Positions 25,901 through 37,480 of a DNA stretch of 64,000 nucleotides are shown piece by piece. Source of the DNA: Chrysomallon squamiferum (lineage: Eukaryota > Animalia > Mollusca); NCBI GenBank assembly GCA_012295275.1, contig CM022665.1, positions 33,666,001-33,730,000 of the forward strand. The letters are read 5' to 3'. The notes beneath the pieces were generated by a model. That model had not been told where the DNA came from and made no database searches. It saw nothing but the letters and a program-made list of their open reading frames with translations. Numbering within the stretch: the first letter of the stretch is position 1; each line of letters starts with the position of its first letter. Made by a program: the position numbers and the translations under genes.

Positions 25901-28900
25901 AATTAAGTTTATTTTTAACTGAGGCTTATATTTTTATACTTTGTTTTAATTTTTACAATGACAGTGACAAGAGCATCCCACCAATGGATGTACTGAAAAC
26001 AGATGACAACCGGGAAGATTTAGAAAAACTGGTTGGCTACATAGAACAGTCAATGGCATTTGAAAAAGAAGTTAGTGAGCGAGAGAGAAAAGAAAGAGAG
26101 GCTACACCATATCCTGACCCAGTAACTGAGTGCAAGCCTCCAAAGTAAGACTTACAGCTAAACTGAATATTATAACTTTAAAAAAAAAAAAACATTGTGG
26201 CACTTTTAACCTAATCTGGTATGTTAAAAATGCCTGTTTATTTAATATTTATTATAGTGATTTTTTTTAATTTTTTAAATTTTATTTTATTTTCATTTCT
26301 TTTTTTTTTTTTTGAATTTCCAACAAATAAAATTCAGCTACTTGTTGGAAAAGATTTTATTGCTACAAACTTCTTTAACATCATTTAGTTATTGTGCATT
26401 ATAATGTAGTCTGTCATTGCACCAGTGTTCTTTAAGACGATTAAGAACAGGCTATAGAGTACAATAAATTTGCTTATTACAGTTTTATTGTTTTTATATT
26501 TAAAGCTTCAGATAAGAATATTCTTATTATTAAAATCAGAGAGAATACTTTGTGCTGCAACACAAAAAAAAAGTTTTATTTCAACTTTCAGAATATGTAA
26601 TGAATACCAAACTGCTAGACTGTTTTTATCTCACTATGGATTCCTGTCATTGGAATGTCTTAAGGTATTTTTCTTAACTAATCTTATTTTTAACAGATAT
26701 AGCATTTAGTTCAAAAGAAAAGAAAAAAGAATATAAGGGGGAAAAAATTTTGAAAAATGTTTTAAATATGAAATTGCTTCCTTTTTATAAGAATTGCTAA
26801 ATATTTTAAGGAAAAGAACTTTGTTAAGAAAGGAATTTATTCTCACTTAATAATTAAGACACAGGTTATTCAGTATGTGTTAATAAGAGCATTATTTATA
26901 CCAACCACACAGAAATAAAAGTTAATGCCAGTATTAACAATAACAGCAAAGGAAACATATCTGTTATGTAAAGTATTAAAATTTTACTTAATTTAGTAAT
27001 TTATTCCAATTACTATTGTTCTAGTTGTATTTAGATTACTGTTATGTAGTGTGTTTTATAGGAACCCTCAAACAGCAGTGTTCCACCAGCTCTGGTTATG
27101 CTTAATATCTCCAACCCAAACATCTTCTCAGATCTGGAAGCATTAGATCGTATCCCAAGCAGAGACAATGATACCCTCCACATCTTCTATGTGAAATCTG
27201 GCCAGAGGAGTGTAGCAGAGATTCTGCCAAATGTGGTAGATTAAATTTGATTACCTTAAAATGTTTATAAAGTACTTATGATAAGGAAAGGTAATTTTTT
27301 TTTTTTTTTAATTATTATTTTAACTTTTTTGTTGGTTTTTTTAAAAATTTGTTTGAAATTTATTTGCTTATTTTAGTTCTTTTCTTTATTTTTATTTATT
27401 TATTTACTTCTTTAAAAAAGAAATAATTTTGTTTTTTTTAAATTTGTTTGAAATTTATTTGCTTATTTTAGTTCTTTTCTTTATTTTTATTTTTTTATTT
27501 ACTTCTTTAAAAAAGAAATAATTTTTTTTTTTTTTAATTATTTTTGTTAGAAATATTTTTTCCTTTTGGAACTAATTATTTGTTTAACATGTTTAACATG
27601 TGTAATGATAATATTTCAGTTGCTCAGTACAAATGTGCAGCCCCAGTTTTTGGAGTTTCTGCACTCACTAGGATGGCCAGTTGATGTGAGAAAGCATGCA
27701 GGTTGGACAGGTCATGTGTCAACAAGCTGGAGAACCAAGGTACCAGATCTTCCTGAAGGTAAATCTAAAATCACAGTTGTTAAATGTTCTTTCATTCCTT
27801 CCAAACTTTCCTAATCTCTTAGCATATGTATTATGGTAGATCCCGAGCAGTATAGTTAATAATGCTTTGTAAAACAGATAAGATATAAATTATTTCACAA
27901 TATACTGCTTTGATTATATTTAAGTTTAAGGTATAATAAATAACAAAGATGTAAATAACTTTTCACCAGATGATGTTTGTTACATTTAACCAATTAAAAG
28001 AGTAAAACATATAAAAGTTTGAATTTTATATCGAGATAAGCAAAAGTGTATCCCCAAAATATTTTATTACTGTTACTTATTTAAAATATCTGATTAGTCT
28101 TAAAGATAATACATTCTGTATATATTAGTTTTAACTCAATTAACATGTATGTTAAAAATTAACAGAAGAGGATTACCCAACTAGTACTGGGGGCAGTGTT
28201 TATGATGGACGACAACAAGTTCTTTACTGGGCAGATGTATCATCAGAGATGGCTTTTGTTGTTCCTTCACCACAGACGAACAGTCAGAGGATTACCAGTC
28301 CTGTCAGTGATGGAGGTGCTTCTCATATATTTAATGAAATGTTTGTTCAAGAAAAAATAAAAAATAATAATAACAATAATAAGGTATCAATAAAATATTT
28401 TTTTTAAAAAGACATATAAAAGTTCTGTATTTTTATTTTATGTATATGTATATGCATGGTTTGTGTGTAAGAGGGAGTATTTTTGCATCTATGTCTGTCT
28501 GTGTTCATTTCAAAACACATATACTTATTTTTATTAATTTTTTAGAATTATAAATTTAAAAATATGATCAATTACAAACATGTCTCCAAAATGGCCATAC
28601 TGATATGGTTGAGATATTTTTTATTTTTTAATTTTTTTTTTAAGACAAATCTCCTGAGGTACTGACATCAAAATCTTCACTGGTTGATGTGAATGCTCAG
28701 AAACCAAAGCCATCAGATGCAGACAAGGTCTTGAATTCACCAGGGGAAGTGTATGGCTCAGTGACACCAGCACGAGTACGAAGACTGGGGCGTCAGCCAG
28801 CAATGGGTGCACCAGAAGTTAAAGTTTTTGCTGTGTGGCTGGAAAGTTTTGAAGACCATGATTATATACCAACAGGTCTGAAATAAACTGTATAATGAAT

Positions 28901-29062
28901 GACCCAACCCCTTGATTCAGCAATTAAGGCACCTGTGGGGGGAACTGAGATATGCAGATATTCCTGCTTCATTGTGATACCAATCTTATTTCCTTAGCTT
29001 AAGGTTGCAAAAATATGCCTTGCTGGATATGAGTAATTACGAAACTTGCTTCACTTCTTCAG

Positions 29063-29099
<37 letters not shown>

Positions 29100-30409
29100 C
29101 TTAAAAAAATGTGACCTGTAATTGAGCATATACCTTTACAGTTGTTTGAAAGACAATGTCAAACATTATTATATTTTCCATATCTATTTATTAGAGAGTG
29201 AAATTCACTTTTCTAACTGTTAAGTTAGTTCTGTTATCTTTGTTGGACAATGCTTTTCTCTTTCATGTGCAGAAAAATGTTCACAATTTTTATAAGACAC
29301 TTTTTACACTTTTTTGTTTGTTTGTAAAACACTTATTAGCAGCACAACTTTTTGATTTTATCAAAAATATTACTGTTGTTTATTTATATTTTTATTGTTT
29401 TCTTCAGCTGATCTGGTTCATGTTGCACACACAGGACAGGATCCAATTACAAGTCACAGTGCTACATCAATACAAAAAAACTCAGAGAGGGAGGTGTACA
29501 TCATATTTATACATGCCTTGCAGAACGGACTTTTCAGAATTCACATGCGGGGAACAGAAAAAACAAAGTGAGTAATAATTTTTTTTCTCTCAAAAAAAAT
29601 TAATAATTTGGTTGTAACTGATAACAAAATGAATGTTTACAGCTATTATATTTTTTTTAATAAATATTCAAGTGGTAACTTGGATGTAAAAAAACAAATA
29701 TAAAAATAATTCTTTAAAGAATAATTGTTCCATTCCTTACTAATGCGTGTCACATTGAACCATTTATAATGTGCTCATGTTAACTGCAGGCTCAAGCATA
29801 TATGCCACGGGCAAGCAATGTCGTACTAAGCAATTTATTACATATTTTCAATGTTTAATATTTTTCTTGTTTAACCTATGTTTAACATGATAAGAGTTTG
29901 AGATATGTTCTTTTTGAAAAACAGAATGTCATTAGCTATACCTCTTGTGGATGGTATGCTTGTGAGCAGAAGGACTCTGGGTACACTGGTTCGACAAACA
30001 GCTATCAACATTTGTCGCAGGAAACGAATGGAAAGTGAACTGTAAGTTTTTAAAATATGAAGTTTCAGAAATATTAATACATATTCAGAGACAGATTTAG
30101 GATTTTGGAAAAGGTGGTATACTATCTTTGTAGTGTGAATGAACATCTTAATAGGAGAGGTATGCACTTCGGTTCATCAGTAATTTTTTATTTATTTTTG
30201 TTTTTGCTATTGACAACTCGATTTATTTACATGATCTAATTGATTTTAATAGAGATTTTTATTTTATTTTTTTATTATTATTTTTTAACAGATACCAGCC
30301 ACCACATGTGAGAAGAAAGTTCAAAATTCAGGAGATTGTGAACAAATACCGGATGTCAATGACTGAAGCAGAGTTTTATGCACAACTGTTTGAGGCAGTG
30401 CCAGAATAG
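7796..30409 (+). CDS. RALGAPB: Ral GTPase-activating protein subunit beta, 26 coding exons, 1437 aa
   Basis: join(7796-7999,10855-11053,11399-11563,14588-14821,15082-15342,15853-15996,16324-16524,16949-17163,17496-17641,17911-18014,18252-18377,20886-20984,21186-21553,23999-24109,24502-24679,25080-25171,25439-25563,25965-26144,26592-26664,27062-27235,27620-27758,28166-28315,28645-28875,29408-29567,29925-30041,30292-30409). All introns are GT-AG with matching phases; total 4314 nt. Recognisable motifs: [57 protein letters not shown]. Confidence 0.95.
8035..10487 (+). mobile_element. ~2.45 kb non-autonomous DNA transposon in RALGAPB coding intron 1
   Basis: Termini TAGGTACC (8035) and GGTACCTA (10487) are reverse complements. 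No transposase ORF. Internal ~180 bp direct duplication (~8669-8748 vs ~8848-8927). A second copy lies at 3145-5301. Confidence 0.75.
10855..11053 (+). CDS. RALGAPB: RALGAPB coding exon 2
   Basis: [10 protein letters not shown]...CVKVYCEWL...PRLNT, phase 0-1. Confidence 0.93.
11399..11563 (+). CDS. RALGAPB: RALGAPB coding exon 3
   Basis: [18 protein letters not shown]...RATWESLL...SPPTEK, phase 1-1. Confidence 0.9.
12386..12406 (+). CDS. RALGAPB: Candidate 21-nt alternative microexon of RALGAPB
   Basis: tgtttactcatgcAG|ACGATACAGGATTAAGTTCAA|GTAAGT; length divisible by 3 and stop-free in the phase-1 frame (DDTGLSSN). Confidence 0.6.
14588..14821 (+). CDS. RALGAPB: RALGAPB coding exon 4
   Basis: [18 protein letters not shown]...FPSPSLWKT...WRHH...YPELHV, phase 1-1. 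Confidence 0.93.
15082..15342 (+). CDS. RALGAPB: RALGAPB coding exon 5
   Basis: EDDAALIP...QCWFRFLH...[16 protein letters not shown], phase 1-1. Confidence 0.92.
15853..15996 (+). CDS. RALGAPB: RALGAPB coding exon 6
   Basis: LPQSVKEE...STPPGGRK...TLTQK, phase 1-1. Confidence 0.8.
16324..16524 (+). CDS. RALGAPB: RALGAPB coding exon 7
   Basis: QSKTNS...[19 protein letters not shown]...HSAP, phase 1-1. Confidence 0.9.
16949..17163 (+). CDS. RALGAPB: RALGAPB coding exon 8
   Basis: RAHRTSS...[14 protein letters not shown]...[15 protein letters not shown]...QTDE, phase 1-0. Confidence 0.92.
17496..17641 (+). CDS. RALGAPB: RALGAPB coding exon 9
   Basis: [26 protein letters not shown]...STSDF, phase 0-2. 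Confidence 0.9.
17911..18014 (+). CDS. RALGAPB: RALGAPB coding exon 10
   Basis: [28 protein letters not shown]...EIK, phase 2-1. Confidence 0.9.
18252..18377 (+). CDS. RALGAPB: RALGAPB coding exon 11
   Basis: IQCSQ...TFLSLKPRI...NTQMLL|GTAAGT, phase 1-1. Confidence 0.9.
18725..20747. mobile_element. Foldback-like DNA transposon derivative with ~440 bp inverted arms and a low-complexity core
   Basis: Arm ~18770-19210 is the reverse complement of ~20314-20747 (cf. ORFs 18937-19134(-) and 20336-20578(+)). The left end GGGTCTTTCTGTGTCAAATC matches the TIR of the MITE at 40989; the right terminus is truncated. Confidence 0.8.
19330..20060. repeat. Degenerate (AGT/AAT/GAT)n trinucleotide low-complexity tract
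   Basis: Runs of agtagtagt, aataat and gatgat; source of the spurious poly-Ser and poly-Val ORFs. Confidence 0.85.
20886..20984 (+). CDS. RALGAPB: RALGAPB coding exon 12
   Basis: [13 protein letters not shown]...RETNT, phase 1-1. Confidence 0.85.
21186..21553 (+). CDS. RALGAPB: RALGAPB coding exon 13
   Basis: SAYWLFGH...[21 protein letters not shown]...[11 protein letters not shown], phase 1-0. Confidence 0.95.
22102..22170 (+). CDS. RALGAPB: Candidate 69-nt cassette exon of RALGAPB
   Basis: attttcAG|GGAAAC...GCCAAG|GTATTA; open in phase 0-0, encoding [23 protein letters not shown]. Confidence 0.55.
23999..24109 (+). CDS. RALGAPB: RALGAPB coding exon 14
   Basis: [13 protein letters not shown]...[21 protein letters not shown], phase 0-0. 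Confidence 0.93.
24502..24679 (+). CDS. RALGAPB: RALGAPB coding exon 15
   Basis: [12 protein letters not shown]...FRYYVIDNS...LEQPLGSVE, phase 0-1. Confidence 0.93.
25080..25171 (+). CDS. RALGAPB: RALGAPB coding exon 16
   Basis: [30 protein letters not shown], phase 1-0. Confidence 0.92.
25439..25563 (+). CDS. RALGAPB: RALGAPB coding exon 17
   Basis: GQPKDPL...[14 protein letters not shown], phase 0-2. Confidence 0.9.
25965..26144 (+). CDS. RALGAPB: RALGAPB coding exon 18
   Basis: DKSIPP...[11 protein letters not shown], phase 2-2. Confidence 0.9.
26592..26664 (+). CDS. RALGAPB: RALGAPB coding exon 19
   Basis: [24 protein letters not shown], phase 2-0. Confidence 0.92.
27062..27235 (+). 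CDS. RALGAPB: RALGAPB coding exon 20 (start of Rap/Ran-GAP-like domain)
   Basis: [11 protein letters not shown]...[12 protein letters not shown]...EILPNV, phase 0-0. Confidence 0.92.
27341..27525. repeat. Local tandem duplication (~95 bp x2)
   Basis: aaatttgtttgaaatttatttgcttatttt...tacttctttaaaaaagaaataat occurs twice in succession. Confidence 0.75.
27620..27758 (+). CDS. RALGAPB: RALGAPB coding exon 21
   Basis: [32 protein letters not shown]...DLPE, phase 0-1. Confidence 0.92.
28166..28315 (+). CDS. RALGAPB: RALGAPB coding exon 22
   Basis: [14 protein letters not shown]...[17 protein letters not shown]...SDG, phase 1-1; tandem CAGAAG acceptor. Confidence 0.9.
28645..28875 (+). CDS. RALGAPB: RALGAPB coding exon 23
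   Basis: KSPEV...[14 protein letters not shown]...YIPT, phase 1-1. Confidence 0.88.
29408..29567 (+). CDS. RALGAPB: RALGAPB coding exon 24
   Basis: DLVHVAHTG...[19 protein letters not shown]...KT, phase 1-2. Confidence 0.9.
29925..30041 (+). CDS. RALGAPB: RALGAPB coding exon 25
   Basis: [38 protein letters not shown], phase 2-2. Confidence 0.95.
30292..30409 (+). CDS. RALGAPB: RALGAPB coding exon 26 (last, TAG stop)
   Basis: [19 protein letters not shown]...AVPE*; AATAAA at 30494 and 30903 downstream. Confidence 0.95.
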
Positions 30410-32774
30410 ACAATTTTTCGGTATTAACAAAAGGGATGGTGCAATATATCAGTGACATTGTTTTCTTCTCTCACATCATTTAGTTTTAGATCTAATAAAA
30501 AGTACTACATCAGTTAACATTAATACCAGCAGAGCTACTGCTGCTACTAAAAGAATAATAATAAATAAATAAAAATAAAATTACAAAAATTAAAAATTGG
30601 GGTAAAACATTAAGAAATGATCTTTTATATGACATTTTCAGGAGGACCTTTGCTGAAAATAAATTAATTTATTAAGTTCTATTATATATTTTTAAGAGTG
30701 AAACAGGAACATCCAGACATGTACAAGATCAGCTATATGATTAGTATAGCCAAAGTCTAGATATGATTTATGACTGACAAAGGACAGGATTGGATTGAGA
30801 TATGTTTGAATTATACACCACAAAGTTTTTATCATTTACCATGACAGAGAGTATTACTTAATATGATCTAAACAGTACAGGACTGTAGGTACATGTTGTA
30901 CAAATAAAACACATCTTTCTTCTTCCTTTATTTAGACACTGAAATCATAACTTGGAGTTAAAAAAAAAAAAAAAAAATTTTTTTATTAAAATAGTGATGT
31001 ACTACTTAGTCAAGGAAAAGGAAAATATTCAAGTAACATGCTAAAGATAAAATTTACTATCATTAAATCTAGTTAAATAACCACTTGTAAAAACATACTT
31101 TCCTTTTTGCAAAACGTGAAAGCTGTTTCATTGTACTAGGTATATATTTTTCTTATGAAACTACAAAGATAAGTTGCAATTTTTCATTTTCATTTTTCTC
31201 TTTGATGACTTCTACATCTTAGTTGTTGTTATTTTCATTAAAAATATGGTAATAATATTTAAAAAAAAAAAATCAACACACAAACCAGTTCTGTATATTT
31301 ACCATTGATACTACATTTTTGGTTTTGTTTTGAGTAATTTGATCAATGTTGTGTTAGTTATTTGTTATGTTTAATCATTTATCTTTATTGTAGTTGATAG
31401 TAAGATTTGCACAGCTTAGGAGCTAGTGCCATATATACACATAGATACATATTATATACATAGCTAAAGTTTCTCAAAAAGTGTAATTATTAACCCTATA
31501 ATGTATGTTATGTTTATTTATTTTCACTTGAGAGTAATTAATCAGGATTGGTAACTTTTAAGTAAATTATAGGTTTCATTTTAGTATAAATTCTCAAGAT
31601 CTGATAATCATATGAGAGACAATGAAGAAAAGTGTCCAAAAATATTTAAATTAATTTTTTTTTAAATGTTAAAATAATGTATATAATCTATTCATAACTT
31701 TATTATTGGGAAATATTTCAATACTTACTTATCAGAAATTAAAACATCAAGTTTGTATAAAAAGGAATAAACAGAAGAAAAAAAAAGTTTTTTATTTCAG
31801 ATGTTGATTAGTTAATCCTTTTTATGATCATTTGCACTTAGGGCTGAAATGTGTTGGTTATTTATATTGACAATATATCATAATGGTTATCTTACTGTGT
31901 ACATTTTTAACAAATAAACATACCTTCTTACTCTAAGTGTTCATAGTTATCCCTTTTAAAAGTTATATATATATATATATATATATCAAATCCATTGTTG
32001 TTGATGTATTCATTACTAGTCTAAAGCTTTGCCATATTGTATAATGCTTCAATACAAAAAGAATCAGACATCAGTAATGCATACAAATGCAGCAAGATGA
32101 AAAAGAATCCATTATAATTTCAAATTATTTGCTGATCACTGACCAAATACTGATGTTGTCACATCTGTGTAAGAAAATTATAAATGTTTTATTTGATAAA
32201 CCAACTAATCAAAGAGCTGCATTTGATGTAATGTAGCAATTGGTTAAACAAACCAGAGAGAATACTTCTATATCTTGTATAAGGTTTGTCAATTACTTCA
32301 AACGTATCTACTGTTGGTTTTCTTAGAAGAATGATTTCAGAAAATATGTATAATTTTCACCATCAGCATGCAGGTATTTTCCTTAGCAAATCGGACATTT
32401 TACATATTATCAGAACTTTTCAGGAAATATGCATATGTCTGGTAACATGTATATTATTTTTTCTTCTTATTATTATTTTTTTTCCCGTTTTGGTTCTGTG
32501 AGTTTTTTTCAGAACATTTTGTGTGATATCAGAATAAATTTATTGTACCTTTCTGTGAAATAACAGCAAGATGCAAAAACTAAATATTAATTTAAAACAA
32601 TTGTTTTTGAAACTAATAAAAAGCAAAAGGTGAAATGAATAATTAAAATACATCAAAAACTGACTTATGTTTTACGGTTTATTTTTTGTTGTATTATTAA
32701 ATTTGAACAAATGATATGAAAATAATAGGAAGGGGAATGACAATAGAATTAACAGTATCACTTCCACAACTTAC

Positions 32775-34140
32775 ATCAAAAGACTGAGTTCCAAAGCGCC
32801 GCTTTTTTCCCCAAATCCAGTCTTTCAAGTATATTTGCAGGAACAGCTCAAAAATGAATGAATTGGAACAATAATAAAATAATAATCATCTAGTTAGATT
32901 TGATAAATATTAACTAACATTTAATTATTCTAATAAAAGGTTCCTAGAATACGGTCTTCATTCTAATATTTATATGTCTATTTCATACTGCCATAGAAAC
33001 CATTGTGTACTGCTTACTATAGACCAGCATGGTCTGGAAGAAAAGATCCTGACTCATTTAACCCATGTGAAGAGAATTACGTTTCCCTTAAACCTTTAAC
33101 AACTGTCAGATTATCAATGCTTTCAATATAATCTGCAGAAAAATCAATGACCATTTTGAGTGAAGTAATCACACTAATCGGAAGTTTCGTCATTAAGTAA
33201 TACAAAATAAGTGAGGAACTGATGCATTTCCAATGCACTGCGTGTCACTTGGGTACAAGATCAATACTGGCTCAATACCCTGAAGTCATACCATGATATG
33301 AGAACAATAACAAATCATTGATGTCCCAGCACACCAACTTAATGAGCATTTCAATTTACATTTTTTTTTTTTTTTTTTTAACCTTTCCCAAAATGAAACA
33401 GATTAAAATGTAGCTCATTGCTTAGAACATATATCTAAGATGCTTATATTGTAGGATCAGTCCTTGGAGCCGCCTTTGGGCTGTTTTCCATTTTAAGTAT
33501 ACCTGACTGGCTCATCAAAAGATATATTTGCTTTCTTGTCTATATCAAGGTGCATACAGAAGATTCCTTGCTACTATCTAATGAAGAGCGGCCCTCAGTG
33601 GAAAAGGCTTCCTCTTTTTTGTTATCTTTCTGAACTGCTGCAACTTGGACTGTGTAAATTAAGGGACTGGTTTCAAGACTTATCTTTTTATCATTTTAAA
33701 TACATGTATTAAATGTATACTGACAGTTTTGAAAAACGACAGTCTGTGTAATAAATAAATAAATAAATGTTTTTGATTGTTTGAAGAAATTTTAGAAATG
33801 TTTAAAAATTAGCAGCTTTTAATATTATACTTAATACTTGAGAATACCATTAAACTGATGTTTTAATTTACATTTTGTTTGCTATTTTTTCAGTTACTGT
33901 ATTTTGGGGTTTTTTCTTCACCCCCACCTATAACTCTTCACAATGTACGTACAATTAGCTTTTATATTCAGACTGAATAAAGGAAGTTCATTTCAGATTG
34001 TAATCTCGGATTTGGTAAACTCGTTTATATATTTTGTATATTTAATTTTAAAACAGTTGATTAATAGTAGTTCGTAGAATTTTGCTTCTGTTCTGGTCGA
34101 TGTGAAGATCAGATATGCTCTGCGGTTGTGAACTTCCGCA
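32775..34140 (-). pseudogene. Possible decayed spliced gene or divergent lncRNA
   Basis: Minus-strand donors GTACGT (33952), GTAAGC (33017) and GTAAGT (32774), acceptors at 33744 and 32847. Long codon-like frames are broken by a few stops. I recognise no homologue. Confidence 0.3.
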
Positions 34141-34705
34141 AAACGCTAACAAGTGTCAACGCAAGACAATACTTGCTTTTGGTAAATGACAAAACAAAAT
34201 AATCAATATTTGTTTCCGTGTGACATTTTCCCCGATCCGCGAGTCATCCACGCCTGGAATGACATGCAGTCGCCATTTTGATATGGTCACATGATCGCGT
34301 ACCTTCAGTTTTTTTCCGCGGGTGCTCTGCAATATGTGTTAGCGATAGTGGGCGAACGTAGGCACTTTTGACAGCGAATTTTTGCATGATTTTAATTTTA
34401 CAGTTAATTCGATAGAAACATTCTACGATATGTAGAGAATCGCAATCGGTACTGAAAGTTATTTTGGCATTCGATCAAGACGTGTGACCGATCTAATGCT
34501 GCTCATACCCGAACTGCTGGCAGTAATTAACATTGACTCTCCTTACCCTTCGGACAGCTGAACGGTAGGCGTCGTGTAAAACAAGTGTGTGTTGTATTAC
34601 TGGAGTCTTTATTACTGTCAGGAACCGTTTTCATATTCTCTGTGAGATCCGTAGTTATGATTTGATGGATAATTGTTTTAAAGAGGAAATTAAATCGTGC
34701 TGAGA
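34120..34705. promoter_or_regulatory. CpG-rich promoter and 5' UTR of the PLC-beta gene (possibly bidirectional)
   Basis: Strongest CpG cluster in the window; ACTTCCGC ETS-type motif (~34132), CGCCATTTT YY1 motif (34271), GTCACATGAT E-box-like site; immediately upstream of the PLC ATG. Confidence 0.65.
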
Positions 34706-34804
34706 ATGGCAGGGGCTAAGCCAGGAGTACACCATGTTCAGCTTAAGCCGGTGCAAGTTTCAGAAAGTTTAATCAGTGGAGCCAAGTTCATTAAATGGGA
34801 TGAA
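34706..34804 (+). CDS. PLCB: Phospholipase C-beta (PLCB1-3/Plc21C-like), coding exon 1; the gene continues beyond the window
   Basis: [33 protein letters not shown]|GTAAGT closely resembles the vertebrate PLCB1 N-terminus (MAGAQPGVHALQLKPV...KFVKWDD); 99 nt, phase 0. No further PLC exon was recognised up to 64000. Confidence 0.92.
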
Positions 34805-37024
34805 GTAAGTATACAAATTATTATTATTTTTTTAATTTTTATTTAATGATAATAAACATTTTTAATTATATGTCAAAATAGTTTTGGTTCGTGGTAACGT
34901 CAAACGAGAGAGTGGATCAGTGATTTAAAAGAATTAATTTATTGTTGTTGTTATTATTATTAAATATTTTAATTCTAATTTGATACATAACTGTGAGCGA
35001 AAGTGATAGGTAACATTATTAATTAAGTTATTATTATTTTGTTGTTATAATAATAATATTTTTTCTACCTTAATTATTATTATTATTTCTCTTTTTAAAT
35101 GATTTTAATTTTTAGTATATTATTATTATATATTTCTTAAATTTCTGTTAATATTCTTAATACAAAGCTAGTCTATAATCTCATATATATATATTACATG
35201 GATATTTTTATTAGTTATCAGTTGTGTTTGGTAACACTTGATTATAAAAATAAAAAAAAATTATATCAGATTTATCATAATAATTTATAATACAGCAAAT
35301 AATACTGTAAGAACAAATATTTTACATTTAATAATTATGAACAATATTGATTGATTTTTTTATTAGTAGTATTTCTTTCCTTAAACCCTTATTTCTTTTA
35401 ATTTTTAGTATATTATATATTTTTTACATTTCTATTAATATTTCTTTTTTCATGCAATGATTTAAGTATTTTCTAGTAACATCTAAAAATGCAGTATCTT
35501 GATGATGTTTATATATGTATATATGCACACACAAACAAGTCATTATATATTATATACTGTGTGTAATATAAATAAATAATACACATAATAAATATTTTAA
35601 TGATATTGTCACAGTAATAAACTCTGCATCTGTACATAACAAAACCTGTAGATGAAGTGTATGCACCAGCTAGATTGATTTTGACACCTAATTACCAGTA
35701 CAGTGTAGAAAATGTATCTAGTGCTGTTAAGGTTGTAGTCCCTAGTGGAGAGTGATGGTAAGGTAATCAGGTATCAGACATTGTGTGAAACAACCACCAT
35801 AATCATAACAACAATTTATAACCACTGCAAATTATCTAAATTTTATTATTACCCTGTAATAAGTGTACAAAAACCTTTTGCTATTTCAGAGATTACTTTT
35901 TTCTTTGTGTTGTATTATTTTTATGTTGTTGGGCTTTTCTTTCTTTCTTTCTTGAAGTGCAGTTTATCAGTATTTGCTTTTCAATGGGAAAATTACCTCT
36001 GATGTTTAAACAAGAATAATATTTATATTGAGATATAATAGTTAATATATGCAGCCACTTGTAGTTATAGTATAATTATTATTATTATTATTTTTCTAAG
36101 TATAATACATTTTTAATAAATTTACATCATTAAAAAAAATTCAAATATATAGGTCTATACGGAACATTTAATGTTGTCAAATGTGATTTATAGATATAAT
36201 TACAAGTTTTGTCAGTGCTGAACCTGTGAAGATATGTCAACAATCTATAAATTTGTTGTAGACATTTTTAATTTCATTTCTTTTTATTTGATGGGATATC
36301 AATATATATGTATGTATATAATTGAACAAAATTTTTGTCATTTTTTTATTTACAGCAACAAAAATATTACGAGAGAATGCAAAAAAATGTTTTCTTTTAT
36401 TGTTATTAATTTATTGATGTTACACACACATGTATTCACATAATATACAATTAAGTATATCAATTTTAATGATTATGATTCTAAGTACTATAGGTTTTTA
36501 ATATCTACTTCATAAACAATATATATATATATATAGATATATATATGTAAAATATATAAATATTACACACAGACATGTTTATTTCTGTTCAAGTACATAG
36601 GTCTATACAGAAAACTTAATGTTGTCAAATATGATTTTTAGGACGTAGCTACAAGTTTTCTCATAGTTGTGAAGTTGTGTCACTAATCTATTAATTTCTA
36701 AATTTTAGTTTCATTTTTTAAACTATTATTTAATCATTAATGGGCTATTTATATTTTTTTGTTAATGACTGCAGTAGCAATATTAGGAGAAAACGTGAAA
36801 TATATTTGTTTTATTTTTTCATGAATGTTCTTTACACATATTAGGTCTGGTTTAACAATTTGGTGTGTATGTTTATATAAATATATATATATATTTTTTC
36901 TCATAGGTACAATATTTGTTTACATTTTTTATAAGATAATCAAAAAGGAAATGCAAAATAAGCTATTTCTGTATATTAAAACTCTTTATTTTCATTTTTC
37001 CTTTATAAATTATCTTAATGATTA

Positions 37025-37480
37025 AAACAAAATAATACTTTTACAAAAATGATGGGTTACATGGTGTCAAACATCTTATTACAAAGTCTATGTTGACAGT
37101 GTTTCAAGCTGTACAATTATTGATATTGTCTATGATGTTGTAGCTTACCAAAAACAAAATAATACTGTTTATGAAATCAGTGTGTTAGTGTGAGCCTCTC
37201 ACATTACAGTGTCTATGTTGACAATTTTTTAAACTATATATATAACATTGTCTGTGATCAGTTACAAGCTTTCTAAAACAGATTAATGCTATTTATGTAA
37301 ACACTGTATTAGTGTCAATTACATTTACAAAGACTGTTGACAGTATTTCAAATTATGATTTCTTGTAAACTGCAGATCTAAAACAAAATAATTATTTTTA
37401 CAAAACAGTGTATTACTTGGTATCAACTTCCCACATAACAGAGTCCTGTGTTGGCAGTGTTTCAAACTGTATAATGTCTG
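37025..37480. repeat. Degenerate tandem repeat, ~115-125 bp unit, ~4 copies
   Basis: Recurring aaaacaaaataat ... gtctatgttgacagtgtttcaa motif. Confidence 0.7.

Noticed and set aside
33100-33640. Possible C/D box snoRNAs (TGATGA...CTGA-like pairs on both strands)
   Set aside because: Boxes are imperfect or too close, there are no convincing terminal stems, and I recognise no rRNA/snRNA antisense element. snoscan or Infernal would settle it.
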